A stretch of DNA of 64,000 nt from a bacterium (GCA_021836725.1 JAKBHL010000011.1:18210-82209), one strand, 5' to 3'. Shown: positions 9,243 to 18,937, counted from the stretch's first letter. The notes: generated from the letters alone by a model not told the origin. A program made the numbers and translations.

Positions 9243-9678
9243 AGACAAGGATGCGCGAACCGTCCGGAAGCGCCGTAAGCGCGATACGGACAGCTGGCTC
9301 GGGTAGCCGATCGGAAACTTTTTCCGGCCACTCGAGGAGGATGAGATTCTCGGCGTCACGCATGAGCTCGTCGAACCCGAGCGCGGCGAGATCGGCGCCC
9401 GAGTCGAGCCGATACGCGTCAATATGGATGAGATGCTTAAAATGCTTGCCGTCGGGAAGTCTGTAGATTTTCTCAAGTACGAACGTTGGGCTACTCACCG
9501 TCTCTTCGACGGAAAGCGAGCGTGCAACCGCCTGGACGAAAGCGGTCTTCCCCGCCCCAAGCTCGCCTGAAAGCGTGATCAGCGTTGCCGTCTGCGCGTT
9601 TGGCGACAGAGCGCTTGCGAATGCGCCGGCTTCAAGCGAAAGCGCTTCGATGTCCGTTATGTGCGCATTTCTTTCCAT
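9235..9678 (-). CDS. tsaE: t6A biosynthesis ATPase TsaE
   Basis: LSGELGAGKT, VSSPTF, HIDAYRL, LLEWPE. Confidence 0.96.
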   Translation of the reverse strand: MERNAHITDIEALSLEAGAFASALSPNAQTATLITLSGELGAGKTAFVQAVARSLSVEETVSSPTFVLEKIYRLPDGKHFKHLIHIDAYRLDSGADLAALGFDELMRDAENLILLEWPEKVSDRLPEPAVRIALTALPDGSRILVYG

Positions 9679-9770
9679 GCATGGATTGTACCGCCGAATG
9701 GAAAATACGCCCGTCCTTCCGAAAGGACGGCGCACCTGCCGAGGGCGCGTAGCGATGGTATGATTCCCTC

Positions 9771-11441
9771 ATGGATTTGCCATTTGATGCCGAGCGCACG
9801 ACGAGAAAGCTTGCCGAAGTGCGTGAACAGGAAGAAGAGGACCTCACGCGCATCCTCTCGGAAAAGTACGCCATCCCTTACACCGACCTCTCGCTCCACG
9901 CGGTTGACGTCGAGGCGCTCCGCACGATCCCCGAAGAGAAAGCGCGGGCGGCCGAAGCGGCCGCTTTCGCCCGTACCGCAGAGGATCTTTCTCTCGCAGT
10001 CCATAATCCGAATAACCCGGCGCTTGCGGAACTTCGTGCCGAGCTCGCGCAAAACGGCTTCCGGGTTCGGGAATTCTTCGTTTCAAAAAAAGGCCTCGAT
10101 AAGGTGCTATCGCGTTATAGCGAGCTCTCTTTCGCGACAAAATCGAAGACGGGCGTCTTCGTTGTCCCGGAAAACGTATCCGCTGAGTTCGCGAAGGGAT
10201 CAGCGACCCGGGCGTCATTGGACCGGAAACTCACCGAGGCGGCCGCTTCCAAATCGCTTGAGCACGTCTCGAATCTCCTTGAAACCATTTTCGCGGGCGC
10301 GTTTGCGCTTCGCGCTTCTGACATTCATTTCGAGCCGGAAGAAAAAGAGACGCGTTTGCGCTTGCGGATTGACGGGCTTCTTGCCGACGCGCATTCCTTC
10401 GACCCGAATATTTCCCACCAGCTTAATTCGCGCCTGAAGCTTCTTTCGGGCGTGAAGCTCAATGTCACCAATCGGGCGCAAGACGGCCGTTTCAGCGTGT
10501 CGCGTTCGAGCGGCGAATTGGAGATGCGCGCTTCTTTTATTCCGGGCAAATACGGCGAAGCGATTGTGCTGCGCATTCTCGACCCCGAAACGACCAAGGT
10601 TTCCTATAAAGAGCTCGGTATCAACCCGAAGCTGCTCGCGCGCCTCGAAAAAGAGATCCGACGGTCAAACGGGATGCTGCTCACCACCGGCCCGACCGGA
10701 AGCGGTAAGACGACTACGTTGTATTCTTTCCTGCGAGAGATTTACGCGCCGGAAATAAAAATAATCACCATTGAAGATCCTATCGAATATCATCTGCGCG
10801 GTATCGTGCAAACGCAGGTGGAGGATAAGAAATACACTTTCGCCGAAGGGCTTCGCTCCATCGTGCGCCAGGACCCGGATATCATCATGGTCGGCGAGAT
10901 CCGAGACGGCGAGACGGCGAATATCGCCATCCAGGCGGCGCTCACGGGCCACTTCGTCTTCTCCACGCTCCACACCAACGACGCGGCCGGTACGTTCCCG
11001 CGTCTTGCCGATCTGGGCGCCGATCCGAAATCGTTCGGGTCGGCGGTTACCGTTTCGATGGCGCAGCGTCTTCTCCGGAAACTTGATCCCGACACAAAGA
11101 AGGAGAGAGCGCTCACGGACGAAGAGAAGCGGATAATCGCAAAAGTATTCGATTCGCTTGCCGACAAGACGCTTATTCCGGAAAAGATAGAGACGGTGTG
11201 GGAAGCGGCCCCTGCGCATGCCGAAGAGACCGGTTATAAAGGCCGCATCGGTCTCTATGAGGCCATTTTCATGGATGATGAGCTCGCGGAATTCTTGCGC
11301 GACAATCCTCCCGCAAACGAAATTGCGAAAGTCGCTGCAAAAAAGGGGTACCTGACCATGGCGCAAGACGGCATACTGAAAGCTCTCGCGGGCATCACCT
11401 CTCTCTCGGAGGTGGCCGCGACCGTTGATCTGCCGCAATAA
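9771..11441 (+). CDS. GspE/PilB-family secretion/pilus ATPase
   Basis: ASDIHFEP, TGPTGSGKTTTLY, TIEDPIEY, RQDPDIIMVGEIRD. Confidence 0.93.
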   Translation: MDLPFDAERTTRKLAEVREQEEEDLTRILSEKYAIPYTDLSLHAVDVEALRTIPEEKARAAEAAAFARTAEDLSLAVHNPNNPALAELRAELAQNGFRVREFFVSKKGLDKVLSRYSELSFATKSKTGVFVVPENVSAEFAKGSATRASLDRKLTEAAASKSLEHVSNLLETIFAGAFALRASDIHFEPEEKETRLRLRIDGLLADAHSFDPNISHQLNSRLKLLSGVKLNVTNRAQDGRFSVSRSSGELEMRASFIPGKYGEAIVLRILDPETTKVSYKELGINPKLLARLEKEIRRSNGMLLTTGPTGSGKTTTLYSFLREIYAPEIKIITIEDPIEYHLRGIVQTQVEDKKYTFAEGLRSIVRQDPDIIMVGEIRDGETANIAIQAALTGHFVFSTLHTNDAAGTFPRLADLGADPKSFGSAVTVSMAQRLLRKLDPDTKKERALTDEEKRIIAKVFDSLADKTLIPEKIETVWEAAPAHAEETGYKGRIGLYEAIFMDDELAEFLRDNPPANEIAKVAAKKGYLTMAQDGILKALAGITSLSEVAATVDLPQ

Positions 11442-11470
11442 CAAAGACCGCGGGAACACCGCGGTCTTTG
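11442..11470. terminator. Hairpin terminator between the GspE ATPase and the convergent ncRNA
   Basis: CAAAGACCGCGG-GAACA-CCGCGGTCTTTG. Confidence 0.7.
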
Positions 11471-11472
11471 CT

Positions 11473-11644
11473 TTCCCGCACATACTCCTCCAGGCAGAAC
11501 CCGCAGTAACGCGGGGTAGACAAAACACCTGAGGAGATTCCCAGAACCGCCGCCCGAAAGCAGCAGCCCAGAAAGTCCTTGGGGAGTCGCCCTGAAGCCG
11601 TCAAGCCTTGCCCAGAGGAGTATGAACAGGAACAAGAAAACTGT
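11473..11644 (-). ncRNA. Structured ncRNA, 6S RNA-like
   Basis: ~160-170 nt rod: closing stem CATACTCCTC/GAGGAGTATG, central bulge with a small 3' hairpin, terminal hairpin; own TTGACA-17-TAGCAT promoter and downstream terminator. Confidence 0.65.
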
Positions 11645-11650
11645 GATAGA

Positions 11651-11679
11651 ATGCTAGCACTACACCATTTATATGTCAA
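11651..11679 (-). promoter_or_regulatory. Sigma70 promoter of the 6S-like RNA
   Basis: Minus strand TTGACA (11679-11674), 17-nt spacer, TAGCAT (11656-11651). Confidence 0.6.
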
Positions 11680-12653
11680 CCCCTCCGCGAAAGTCCGAGC
11701 CCCTTCCCCAAGCGCTCGATGCTGCGCTCCGGCCGGCGCATTGGGATGACTATGTCGGTCAGAAACAGATAAAAGCGAATATACGCATCGCCATTGACGC
11801 CGCTAAAAAGCGCGGCGGGATGCCCGAGCATATCCTCTTCTACGGCCCGCCGGGAGTCGGGAAAACGACCCTTGCCCATCTTGTCGCCGCGACGCTCGGA
11901 TCCCAGCTCAAAAGCACCTCCGGAGTTGCCATAGAGCGTGCCGGAGATCTTGCGGCGATACTTACCGCTCTCGAACCGAATACGGTTCTTTTTATCGACG
12001 AGATTCACCGCCTCTCGCGCAAAATCGAGGAACTTCTCTACCCCGCGCTCGAGTCTGGGCATCTCGACATTGTGCTGGGGAAAGGTCCCTCGGCGCGTAC
12101 CGTCGAACTCGCGCTTCCGCCTTTCATGCTCATCGGCGCGACAACGCGCGTCGCGGAGCTGTCGGGCCCGCTGCGTTCCCGTTTCGGCGGCGGCGTGTAC
12201 CAGCTCGATTTTTACAGTGACGACGACTTGCGCGACATCATCCGCCGCTCGGCTCTCCTTCTGGAGCTTTCGGCTCCCGAGGAAGTCATTGAACGCATCG
12301 CGGCGCGCAGTCGCGCCACCCCCCGCGTCGCGAATGCGCTTCTGAAACGCGTGCGCGACTTTTCCGAAGTGCATGAGCGCGCGCTCTCCGCCGCGCTCTG
12401 CGATGAGGCATGTGCGCTTTTTGGCATTGATTCATGCGGGCTGACAAAAGATGACCGCCGCTATCTCCTTACGCTCGCCGAGGGTTTCCGCGGCGGCCCT
12501 GCGGGTATCCGCGCGCTCGCGGCTGCTTTGCATGAAGACCCCGACACGGTTGAGTACATGTACGAGCCTTTTTTGCTTCGACTTGGTTTTATCGAACGCT
12601 CCGCACGCGGCCGCGTGCTCACCTCAAAAGGCCGTTCCTATCTCCAAAACTGA
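11673..12653 (+). CDS. ruvB: Holliday junction DNA helicase RuvB
   Basis: LRP..WDDYVGQ, GPPGVGKTTLA, FIDEIHRL, GATTR. Confidence 0.98.
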   Translation: MSTPPRKSEPLPQALDAALRPAHWDDYVGQKQIKANIRIAIDAAKKRGGMPEHILFYGPPGVGKTTLAHLVAATLGSQLKSTSGVAIERAGDLAAILTALEPNTVLFIDEIHRLSRKIEELLYPALESGHLDIVLGKGPSARTVELALPPFMLIGATTRVAELSGPLRSRFGGGVYQLDFYSDDDLRDIIRRSALLLELSAPEEVIERIAARSRATPRVANALLKRVRDFSEVHERALSAALCDEACALFGIDSCGLTKDDRRYLLTLAEGFRGGPAGIRALAAALHEDPDTVEYMYEPFLLRLGFIERSARGRVLTSKGRSYLQN

Positions 12654-12693
12654 CTCGCACCGCGCGGTGCTCCGTATTTGCTATAGTGCAGGC

Positions 12694-13251
12694 ATGTCAG
12701 GGCACAGCAAATGGTCTCAAATCAAGAGACAGAAATCGGCAACCGATGCGGCAAAAAGCCGGATTTTTGCGCGCTACGCGCGCCTGATAGCCCTTGAATC
12801 GAAAAAAGCCGCGGGAAATGCCTCGGCGCCATCCCTATCCGTTGCCATTTCCCGAGCAAAAGCGGCGAATATGCCGAAAGAAAATATAGAGCGGGCAGTG
12901 GCGAAAGGAATGGCAAAAGATTCCGGCGACTTTGAGCGGGTACTCTACGAAGCGTTCGGCCCGGGTGGCGCCGCACTGCTCATTGACGCGCTCACCGACA
13001 ACAAGAATCGTACGACGCAAGAGATAAAACACTTGCTTATAACGCATGGGGTCGAACTCTCCGCCCCGGGCGCGGCAAGCTGGGCTTTCAGCAAGACCTC
13101 GGACGGTTCCTATGCGCCGCATGAACCGTATGTCGATGTCGTCGGTCCCGATGAGGAACGGCTCGAGACCATCCTGACGGAGCTCGACGAACATGCCGAT
13201 GTGCAGAGGGTGTTTAGCAATGCGCGGGGTTATGAGAATACTGGCGATTGA
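12694..13251 (+). CDS. yebC: YebC/PmpR family protein (short, 185 aa)
   Basis: MSGHSKWSQIKRQK, YEAFGPGG, LTDNKNRT. Confidence 0.95.
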   Translation: MSGHSKWSQIKRQKSATDAAKSRIFARYARLIALESKKAAGNASAPSLSVAISRAKAANMPKENIERAVAKGMAKDSGDFERVLYEAFGPGGAALLIDALTDNKNRTTQEIKHLLITHGVELSAPGAASWAFSKTSDGSYAPHEPYVDVVGPDEERLETILTELDEHADVQRVFSNARGYENTGD

Positions 13252-13708
13252 TCCTGGGTACGATCGCCTCGGCATCGCGGTCATCGAAGGCAATCCGTCG
13301 CGTCCGACGCTCCTTTGGAGCGATTGTGTGCTGCCGGAGAAAGGCGCGCCCGAGCGCCGTCTCGCCGATGTCACCGGTGCCGTCACTGCTGCGCTTCATG
13401 CTTATGCGCCCGATGCGCTTGCTATCGAGACGCTCTTTTTTGGGAAAAATAAAAAAACCGCGCTCGGCGTTGCGGAGGCGCGCGGCGCGGTTTTTGCCGC
13501 CGCCGGCATGGTTTCGGTTCCGGTCGTGGAATATTCTCCGCAACAGATAAAACTCGCGGTTACCGGCTACGGCGGCGCGAACAAAACCGCAATCGCGCAG
13601 ATGATTCCCCGGCTTCTCTCGCTCTCCGAGAAAAAACGGATGGATGATGAAATCGATGCTATAGCCATCGGCATCACCGCGCTTGCCGTCGGATCTCAAA
13701 AACACTAA
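13232..13708 (+). CDS. ruvC: Holliday junction resolvase RuvC
   Basis: ILAIDPGYDRLG, AIETLFF, DDEIDAIAI. Confidence 0.96.
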   Translation: MRILAIDPGYDRLGIAVIEGNPSRPTLLWSDCVLPEKGAPERRLADVTGAVTAALHAYAPDALAIETLFFGKNKKTALGVAEARGAVFAAAGMVSVPVVEYSPQQIKLAVTGYGGANKTAIAQMIPRLLSLSEKKRMDDEIDAIAIGITALAVGSQKH

Positions 13709-13860
13709 ACCCATCTCAAACCCCCGCTCCCCCGCGAAGGGCATGCGGCAGAAAGAGGCTTACGGAGCGCGGCGGCGCGAGTACGAGCCGCTTTTTCAGC
13801 AGAAAAAGACGGCGTACTCCTTTCTGCCGCATGCCCTTCGCGGGGGTTTTGATTGTTCTA
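13706..13860 (+). repeat. Palindromic MITE/REPIN-like repeat, copy 1
   Basis: CCCCGCGAAGGGCATGCGGCAGAAAG...CTTTCTGCCGCATGCCCTTCGCGGGG; begins at the ruvC TAA and ends CTA; near-identical copies elsewhere. Confidence 0.85.
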
Positions 13861-13956
13861 ATCCACACCAGGGAAGAAAAGTGCTTGCATTGGTAATTTT
13901 TTTTGCTCAAATATATGCGCCCCTTGTCGCGGGGTTAAATCAAATAATGTATTCGC

Positions 13957-14049
13957 ATGGACGAGGATGAAATTCGTGAAGAGGACGATCTGTATGACGA
14001 AGAGGACGAGTTGGAGAGTCCTGACGAGGAGGAAGACGAGCAGTATTGA
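13957..14049 (+). CDS. Putative 30-aa highly acidic small protein
   Basis: MDEDEIREEDDLYDEEDELESPDEEEDEQY (20/30 D/E); AT-rich upstream region, downstream hairpin. Confidence 0.6.
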   Translation: MDEDEIREEDDLYDEEDELESPDEEEDEQY

Positions 14050-14064
14050 ATACGAGCGTTCCTG

Positions 14065-14097
14065 CATGCGCGGCCCGGTATTACCGGGCCGCGCATG
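14065..14097. terminator. Perfect palindrome/terminator after the acidic ORF, abutting the PBP promoter
   Basis: CATGCGCGGCCCGGTA-T-TACCGGGCCGCGCATG. Confidence 0.55.
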
Positions 14098-14111
14098 GTA
14101 GCATACGCACT

Positions 14112-16271
14112 ATGGTCTCATTCCGGCATACATCATGGCGGCACGTTTTTTTGGCGATTACTCTCGCATTCTTCGGGCTCGGATTTCTTGCGGCGGGCGG
14201 TATCCTCATTGCCGTCATCCTTACGCCGGCGCCCGATATCGGCTCTTTCGCCGCGCGCCAGGTTGATCAGTCCACCAAGATTTACGATCGCACCGGCCAG
14301 GTATTGTTGTACGACTACAATCGGGACGCGAAACGGAATGTCGTCCCGCTTTCGGCCATAGCGCCGAATGCCATAAACGCGACCGTCGCGATCGAGGATT
14401 CGAGTTTTTACGAGCATGGGGCAATCCGCATCACGTCGATTATCCGCGCGATGCTTGCCGACATTTTCAGCGGTTCGCTTTCCCAGGGCGGTTCAACCAT
14501 CACGCAACAGGTTGTAAAAAACACTCTCCTCACCGATACGAAAAGCATCATCCGTAAGATACACGAGTTGGTGCTGGCGATAAAACTTGAACAGGTGTAT
14601 TCGAAAAACCAGATTTTGGCGACGTATCTTAACGATATACCGTACGGAGGAACGTTGTACGGCATTGATGCCGCTGCGGAAGCGTATTTCAATATCCCCG
14701 CAAAAGATCTTTCTCTGGCACAATCGGCGTATCTTGCGGCGATGATTCAAGCTCCGACGTATTACTCTCCGTACGGTACGCACCGCGCAGAACTCGATGC
14801 CCGGAAAAATCTTGTCCTTGAGCGGATGCATACGCTCGGTTTTATAGATACCGCCGCCTACACCGCGGCGAAGAACGAGGTGGTCTCTTTTGCTCCGGCA
14901 GGTCATAACTCGATCATTGCCCCGCATTTCGTCTTTTATATCCTCAATCAGCTCGAACAGACCTATGGACCGAACGCGCTCGTCTCGGGACTGAAGGTGA
15001 CGACGACCCTTGACGCGAATCTTGAGCTGCAGGCGGAATCGATCGTGCATCAGTATGCGCCGGGAAATGAAAAGGATTTCAAGGCCTCAAACGCTTCGTT
15101 GGTCGCTATTGATCCGCCCACGGGGCAAATACTGGCAATGGTCGGTTCGCGGAATTTTTTCGATACCAAGATTGACGGGCAGTTCAATTCCGCGCTCGCA
15201 TTGCGGCAACCCGGCTCAACGATGAAGCCCTTTATCTATGCGCTCGCCCTTATGAAGGGTTATACGCGCGATACGGTCGTATTTGATGTACCAACACAGT
15301 TTTCAACCGCTTGCCCGATTTCTGCAGTCACCGACAGCACTCCGCCCTGCTATGCGCCGGTCGATTATGACAACAGGTTCCGGGGGCCGATGACTTTCGA
15401 GACCGCCTTGGCCCAATCGATCAATGTTCCTGCGGTCAAAGTGCTGTATCTGGTCGGCATACAAAATGCCATCAACTTGGCAAAATCGTTCGGCTTGACC
15501 TCGCTTGGCGACCCGAATCAATACGGCCTTACCTTAGTGCTTGGCGGAGGCGAGGTGCGCCTTCTTGACCTTGTGGGCGCTTACGCGGCATTCGCTAATG
15601 ATGGCGTGAAGAATACGCCCACTGGCATCCTTGAGGTCGATAATTCGCAGGGACAGGTTCTTCAGAAATATACTCCTCAGCCGGTGCGTGTGATTCCGGC
15701 GCATATCGCGCGCGACATATCGGCGATGCTCTCGGATGCTCCCGCGCGCTTGCCGGAATATTCGCTTAATTCACCGCTTTCTTTCCCGGGATACGACGTT
15801 GCGGTTAAGACCGGTACGACCAATGATACGCGCGACGCATGGGTGATCGGTTATTCTCCTTCGATAGCGCTCGGCGTGTGGGCCGGCAATAACAACGATA
15901 CTCCTATGGTGAAGTCGATCGCGGGTTTCATTGCGGCACCAATGTGGCATGCGGCGATGGCGTACGCGCTTTCAAAATATCCGAAGATGTATTTCGGAGA
16001 ACCGGATCCTATCCCGGCCACCGTGCCTCCGATGCTCCAAGGGAATTGGCGCATACCGGATAAAAACGGCATGATCGTACCGCACAGCCTGTTGTACTGG
16101 GTCGATAAAAATAATCCGCTCGGACCGCCGCCTGTAAACCCTTCGAGTGACCCACAATTCGCGTACTGGGAGTACGGTATTTCGGCATGGTACGCTTCTC
16201 ATCCGAACGATTTCTCCGGCGGAGTCATGCTTCCGGTCCCCCTCTCGACCGCCGCAACGACCACGCCCTAA
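14112..16271 (+). CDS. Class A penicillin-binding protein (PBP1A family)
   Basis: IEDSSFYEH, QGGSTITQQVVKN, RQPGSTMKP (SxxK), QSIN, VKTGT. Confidence 0.95.
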   Translation: MVSFRHTSWRHVFLAITLAFFGLGFLAAGGILIAVILTPAPDIGSFAARQVDQSTKIYDRTGQVLLYDYNRDAKRNVVPLSAIAPNAINATVAIEDSSFYEHGAIRITSIIRAMLADIFSGSLSQGGSTITQQVVKNTLLTDTKSIIRKIHELVLAIKLEQVYSKNQILATYLNDIPYGGTLYGIDAAAEAYFNIPAKDLSLAQSAYLAAMIQAPTYYSPYGTHRAELDARKNLVLERMHTLGFIDTAAYTAAKNEVVSFAPAGHNSIIAPHFVFYILNQLEQTYGPNALVSGLKVTTTLDANLELQAESIVHQYAPGNEKDFKASNASLVAIDPPTGQILAMVGSRNFFDTKIDGQFNSALALRQPGSTMKPFIYALALMKGYTRDTVVFDVPTQFSTACPISAVTDSTPPCYAPVDYDNRFRGPMTFETALAQSINVPAVKVLYLVGIQNAINLAKSFGLTSLGDPNQYGLTLVLGGGEVRLLDLVGAYAAFANDGVKNTPTGILEVDNSQGQVLQKYTPQPVRVIPAHIARDISAMLSDAPARLPEYSLNSPLSFPGYDVAVKTGTTNDTRDAWVIGYSPSIALGVWAGNNNDTPMVKSIAGFIAAPMWHAAMAYALSKYPKMYFGEPDPIPATVPPMLQGNWRIPDKNGMIVPHSLLYWVDKNNPLGPPPVNPSSDPQFAYWEYGISAWYASHPNDFSGGVMLPVPLSTAATTTP

Positions 16272-16277
16272 TTTAAT

Positions 16278-17378
16278 TTATTGATTCATCGGTGAAATGA
16301 GATAGAGGAGGGAAGGGTCGCCGACTCCTTTTATAATGAGCGGGCGCCCGATACCGGCGGCGGTGAGCGAAAGGCTTTCTGTATTTGTGAGCGCAAGCAC
16401 GGCTGAAAGGTAACGGTGGTTAAAAGAGAGATCGAGAGCGCTTCCGGTTATTTGCGCAGAAAGCGTTTCTGCCGATTCTCCGATATCGGTATTGTGTGCA
16501 AAGAAAGAAAAGTGATTTTTTTTAGGATCGAAATTGATGCGTATTTTTTGGAAAGAATCTGAAAAAATAGCCGTTCTTTTTAGCGCGGTTTCAAAATCCC
16601 TCCTAAGAACCATAGCTTCGACGATGGATTCCTTCGGAATAATCTGCCGGTAATCGGGATAGGCGGCGTTTGTAAGCCGTGAGACAATCATCCCGGCCGC
16701 GCTGGTGAATGCGCATTGATGCTCATCAAACACAATGGTAACGTCGCCATCGGGCAGGGCTTGCGCGATTTCTACGGCATTTTTTGCCGGGATGAGGAGT
16801 TTTCCTTGTATCCCTTTATTGCCGAGTGTTATTTTCTTTTCAGCAAGCCGGAATGAGTCCGTTGCGACCGCTATGAGCATCCCTCCTTCCAGGGAAAGGT
16901 AAATGCTTGAGAGTTCAGGGCGTATGGTTGAGTTTGATGCGCAGGAGGCGATCGAGGTGAAAAGGGTGCGGAGGAGGGTTCCGGAAAGGATTATTTTATT
17001 TTTTTGATTTTCAGGAAATGGGATTGAGGGGAAATCGTCGTGGGGTACTGTTTTTACCGAGCTTTTGCCGGTACCGCTTGCAAGAGAGACGATGTCACCA
17101 GTATGTTCGAGTGTTATTTTCCCTTCCTGAGTGAGTGATCCTGCTATTTGTTGCAGAATAGCCGCCGGAATGGCGACAACCCCCTTGCTTTTACATTCTC
17201 CCTCGAGTGTGAGATCGATGCCGGTCTCGAGATTTGTCGCGCGCATTTTTATTCCATCATCTCCGGCGATGATAAGGATAGAAGAGAGGGCGGGGAGAGA
17301 AGCGCTTTTGCGTTCGGCGAATCGAGCGACTTTATACACTGCCTCAATAAATATCTTTTTTTCTATTGAAATATACAT
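16278..17378 (-). CDS. dnaN: DNA polymerase III beta clamp
   Basis: ATNLETGI, ATDSFRLAE, YPDYRQIIP, LYLISPM; directly downstream of dnaA. Confidence 0.97.
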   Translation of the reverse strand: MYISIEKKIFIEAVYKVARFAERKSASLPALSSILIIAGDDGIKMRATNLETGIDLTLEGECKSKGVVAIPAAILQQIAGSLTQEGKITLEHTGDIVSLASGTGKSSVKTVPHDDFPSIPFPENQKNKIILSGTLLRTLFTSIASCASNSTIRPELSSIYLSLEGGMLIAVATDSFRLAEKKITLGNKGIQGKLLIPAKNAVEIAQALPDGDVTIVFDEHQCAFTSAAGMIVSRLTNAAYPDYRQIIPKESIVEAMVLRRDFETALKRTAIFSDSFQKIRINFDPKKNHFSFFAHNTDIGESAETLSAQITGSALDLSFNHRYLSAVLALTNTESLSLTAAGIGRPLIIKGVGDPSLLYLISPMNQ

Positions 17379-17590
17379 ACGACTTTTATTAAGGCTGTTG
17401 ATAAGGGGATAAACGAAAATCAGAACTCAATGACTCGATATTTTTACAACCACGGAACACATAATGTGTGGATAAAGGGAGTGAAAGGTTCATACAAGAA
17501 GCGTACGGATATTTTGAATCTCTTTTGCGAGCTCACTATCCACAACAACTTCACGTTTTATCTTCTCACAAGAGTGGATAACTGTCGTGT
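17379..17590. other. Probable oriC (dnaA-dnaN intergenic region and dnaA 3' end)
   Basis: AT-rich; perfect DnaA box TGTGGATAA at 17467-17475, TGTTGATAA at 17396-17404, further near-boxes in the dnaA 3' end. Confidence 0.7.
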
Positions 17591-18845
17591 GGTCTCTACC
17601 ACCAAGTTTCACACCGATCGTTGGGTATGAAATACTAAAATCTTCACGAAGAATGTACATAATAACCTGACGCGGCCGCACCACCTCTCTCCGCCGCGTC
17701 TTTTCATAGATGCTTTCCTCATCAATGCCGTAAAATTCAGCAACCTTATCCACCACATTCTTTACGGATATATTCTTCTGCGGCCGCGTAAACGAACGCA
17801 GCGACTGACGCACCTCCGCTATATCAGGCGCAAAACCCTTTACTTGAGCATGGCAGATAATGCTGTTTACCATGCCTTCCAATTCCCGTATGGACCCGCT
17901 CATAGAGGTCGCCACATACTCAACAACCTCATCGGAAAGCATCACCCCATGAGAGGCGGCCTTTTTCCGCACTATGGCCATACGCGACTCCGGATCCGGT
18001 TCCCCGATATCGATGGCCATACCGCTCGCTAAACGGCCCTTCAGCCGCTCCGCGACGTCTGGAATGGCCGCCGGAGCCCGGTCTGAGGAGAAGATAATCT
18101 GCTTGTTTGTATCATGAAGCGCATTGAAAAGGTGGAAAAGCTCCTCCTGTGTCCGGTCTTTTTTTGAAAGAAACTGCACATCATCCATGATAAGTAGATC
18201 GTACTGACGATATTTATCCTTGAAGCGATTCGCGGTGCCTGCCTGAACGGAGTCGGTATAATCAACCGCGAATTTCTCCGAAGTAAGGTAGAACACCTTC
18301 CGACCCGGGTATTGTTTCTTAAAATGGTTCCCGATGGCCTGGATAAGATGTGTTTTTCCGCGCCCCGTGTCGCCATAAATGAAGAGTGGGTTATAAGAGA
18401 TGCCTGGGCGCTGCAAGGTCGCCTGCGCAGCGGCATACGCGAGATTATTGAAAGAACCAATAACAAACGTATCAAACGTGTAACGGGGGTTCAGGTTATC
18501 ACTCTTGTTTATGTAAAACTCATCGAGCGGAAGCTCAAGCGCTCCCCGCACGTTCTTGGCCTCCTTTGAGGGCAGTTTACGGCGTTCATCCTTCACAATG
18601 AGATATTCGATATTGCGGAATTCATAGGACACATCCCGCAGGATCTTCAAAAGAAGCGTATGGAACTTCTTCAGATACCAATCCTTGAAGAATTGGCTCG
18701 GCACGCCGATGTACACCACCCCATCCTCGCCTATTTTCACGATAAAACTGTTCCGGAACCACGTATTGAAATTCGCGGGCGATATCGAAAGCTCAACTTG
18801 CGTGAGCACGTATTCCCACAACTCCTTCGGGTTCCCTTTGTCCAT
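17490..18845 (-). CDS. dnaA: Chromosomal replication initiator DnaA
   Basis: YNPLFIYGDTGRGKTHL, DDVQFL, RELEG, GGRDHTTVIHS. Confidence 0.98.
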   Translation of the reverse strand: MDKGNPKELWEYVLTQVELSISPANFNTWFRNSFIVKIGEDGVVYIGVPSQFFKDWYLKKFHTLLLKILRDVSYEFRNIEYLIVKDERRKLPSKEAKNVRGALELPLDEFYINKSDNLNPRYTFDTFVIGSFNNLAYAAAQATLQRPGISYNPLFIYGDTGRGKTHLIQAIGNHFKKQYPGRKVFYLTSEKFAVDYTDSVQAGTANRFKDKYRQYDLLIMDDVQFLSKKDRTQEELFHLFNALHDTNKQIIFSSDRAPAAIPDVAERLKGRLASGMAIDIGEPDPESRMAIVRKKAASHGVMLSDEVVEYVATSMSGSIRELEGMVNSIICHAQVKGFAPDIAEVRQSLRSFTRPQKNISVKNVVDKVAEFYGIDEESIYEKTRRREVVRPRQVIMYILREDFSISYPTIGVKLGGRDHTTVIHSCEKIKREVVVDSELAKEIQNIRTLLV

Positions 18846-18937
18846 GATACCCAAGAGTATACGCTTTTGGAGGCGGAGCGGCACACTGGTGTTTCGGGGA
18901 GAACCTGTTACTATCATGTGCATAACCAAATTTCGAC

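Noticed and set aside
9243-9476. N-terminal extensions in the ORF track (polA to 9476; also dnaA to 18929, zwf to 28424, rpsT to 3596, yebC from 12451)
   Set aside because: Most overlap neighbouring genes or promoters. Family homology, and in several cases a TANNNT box, points to downstream starts.
11473-11644. SRP RNA or a CDS as the identity of this interval
   Set aside because: The SRP domain IV signature (CAGG..GGAA..AGCAG in the correct stem) is not properly formed, and the overlapping ORFs look like noise. A 6S-like rod fits better.
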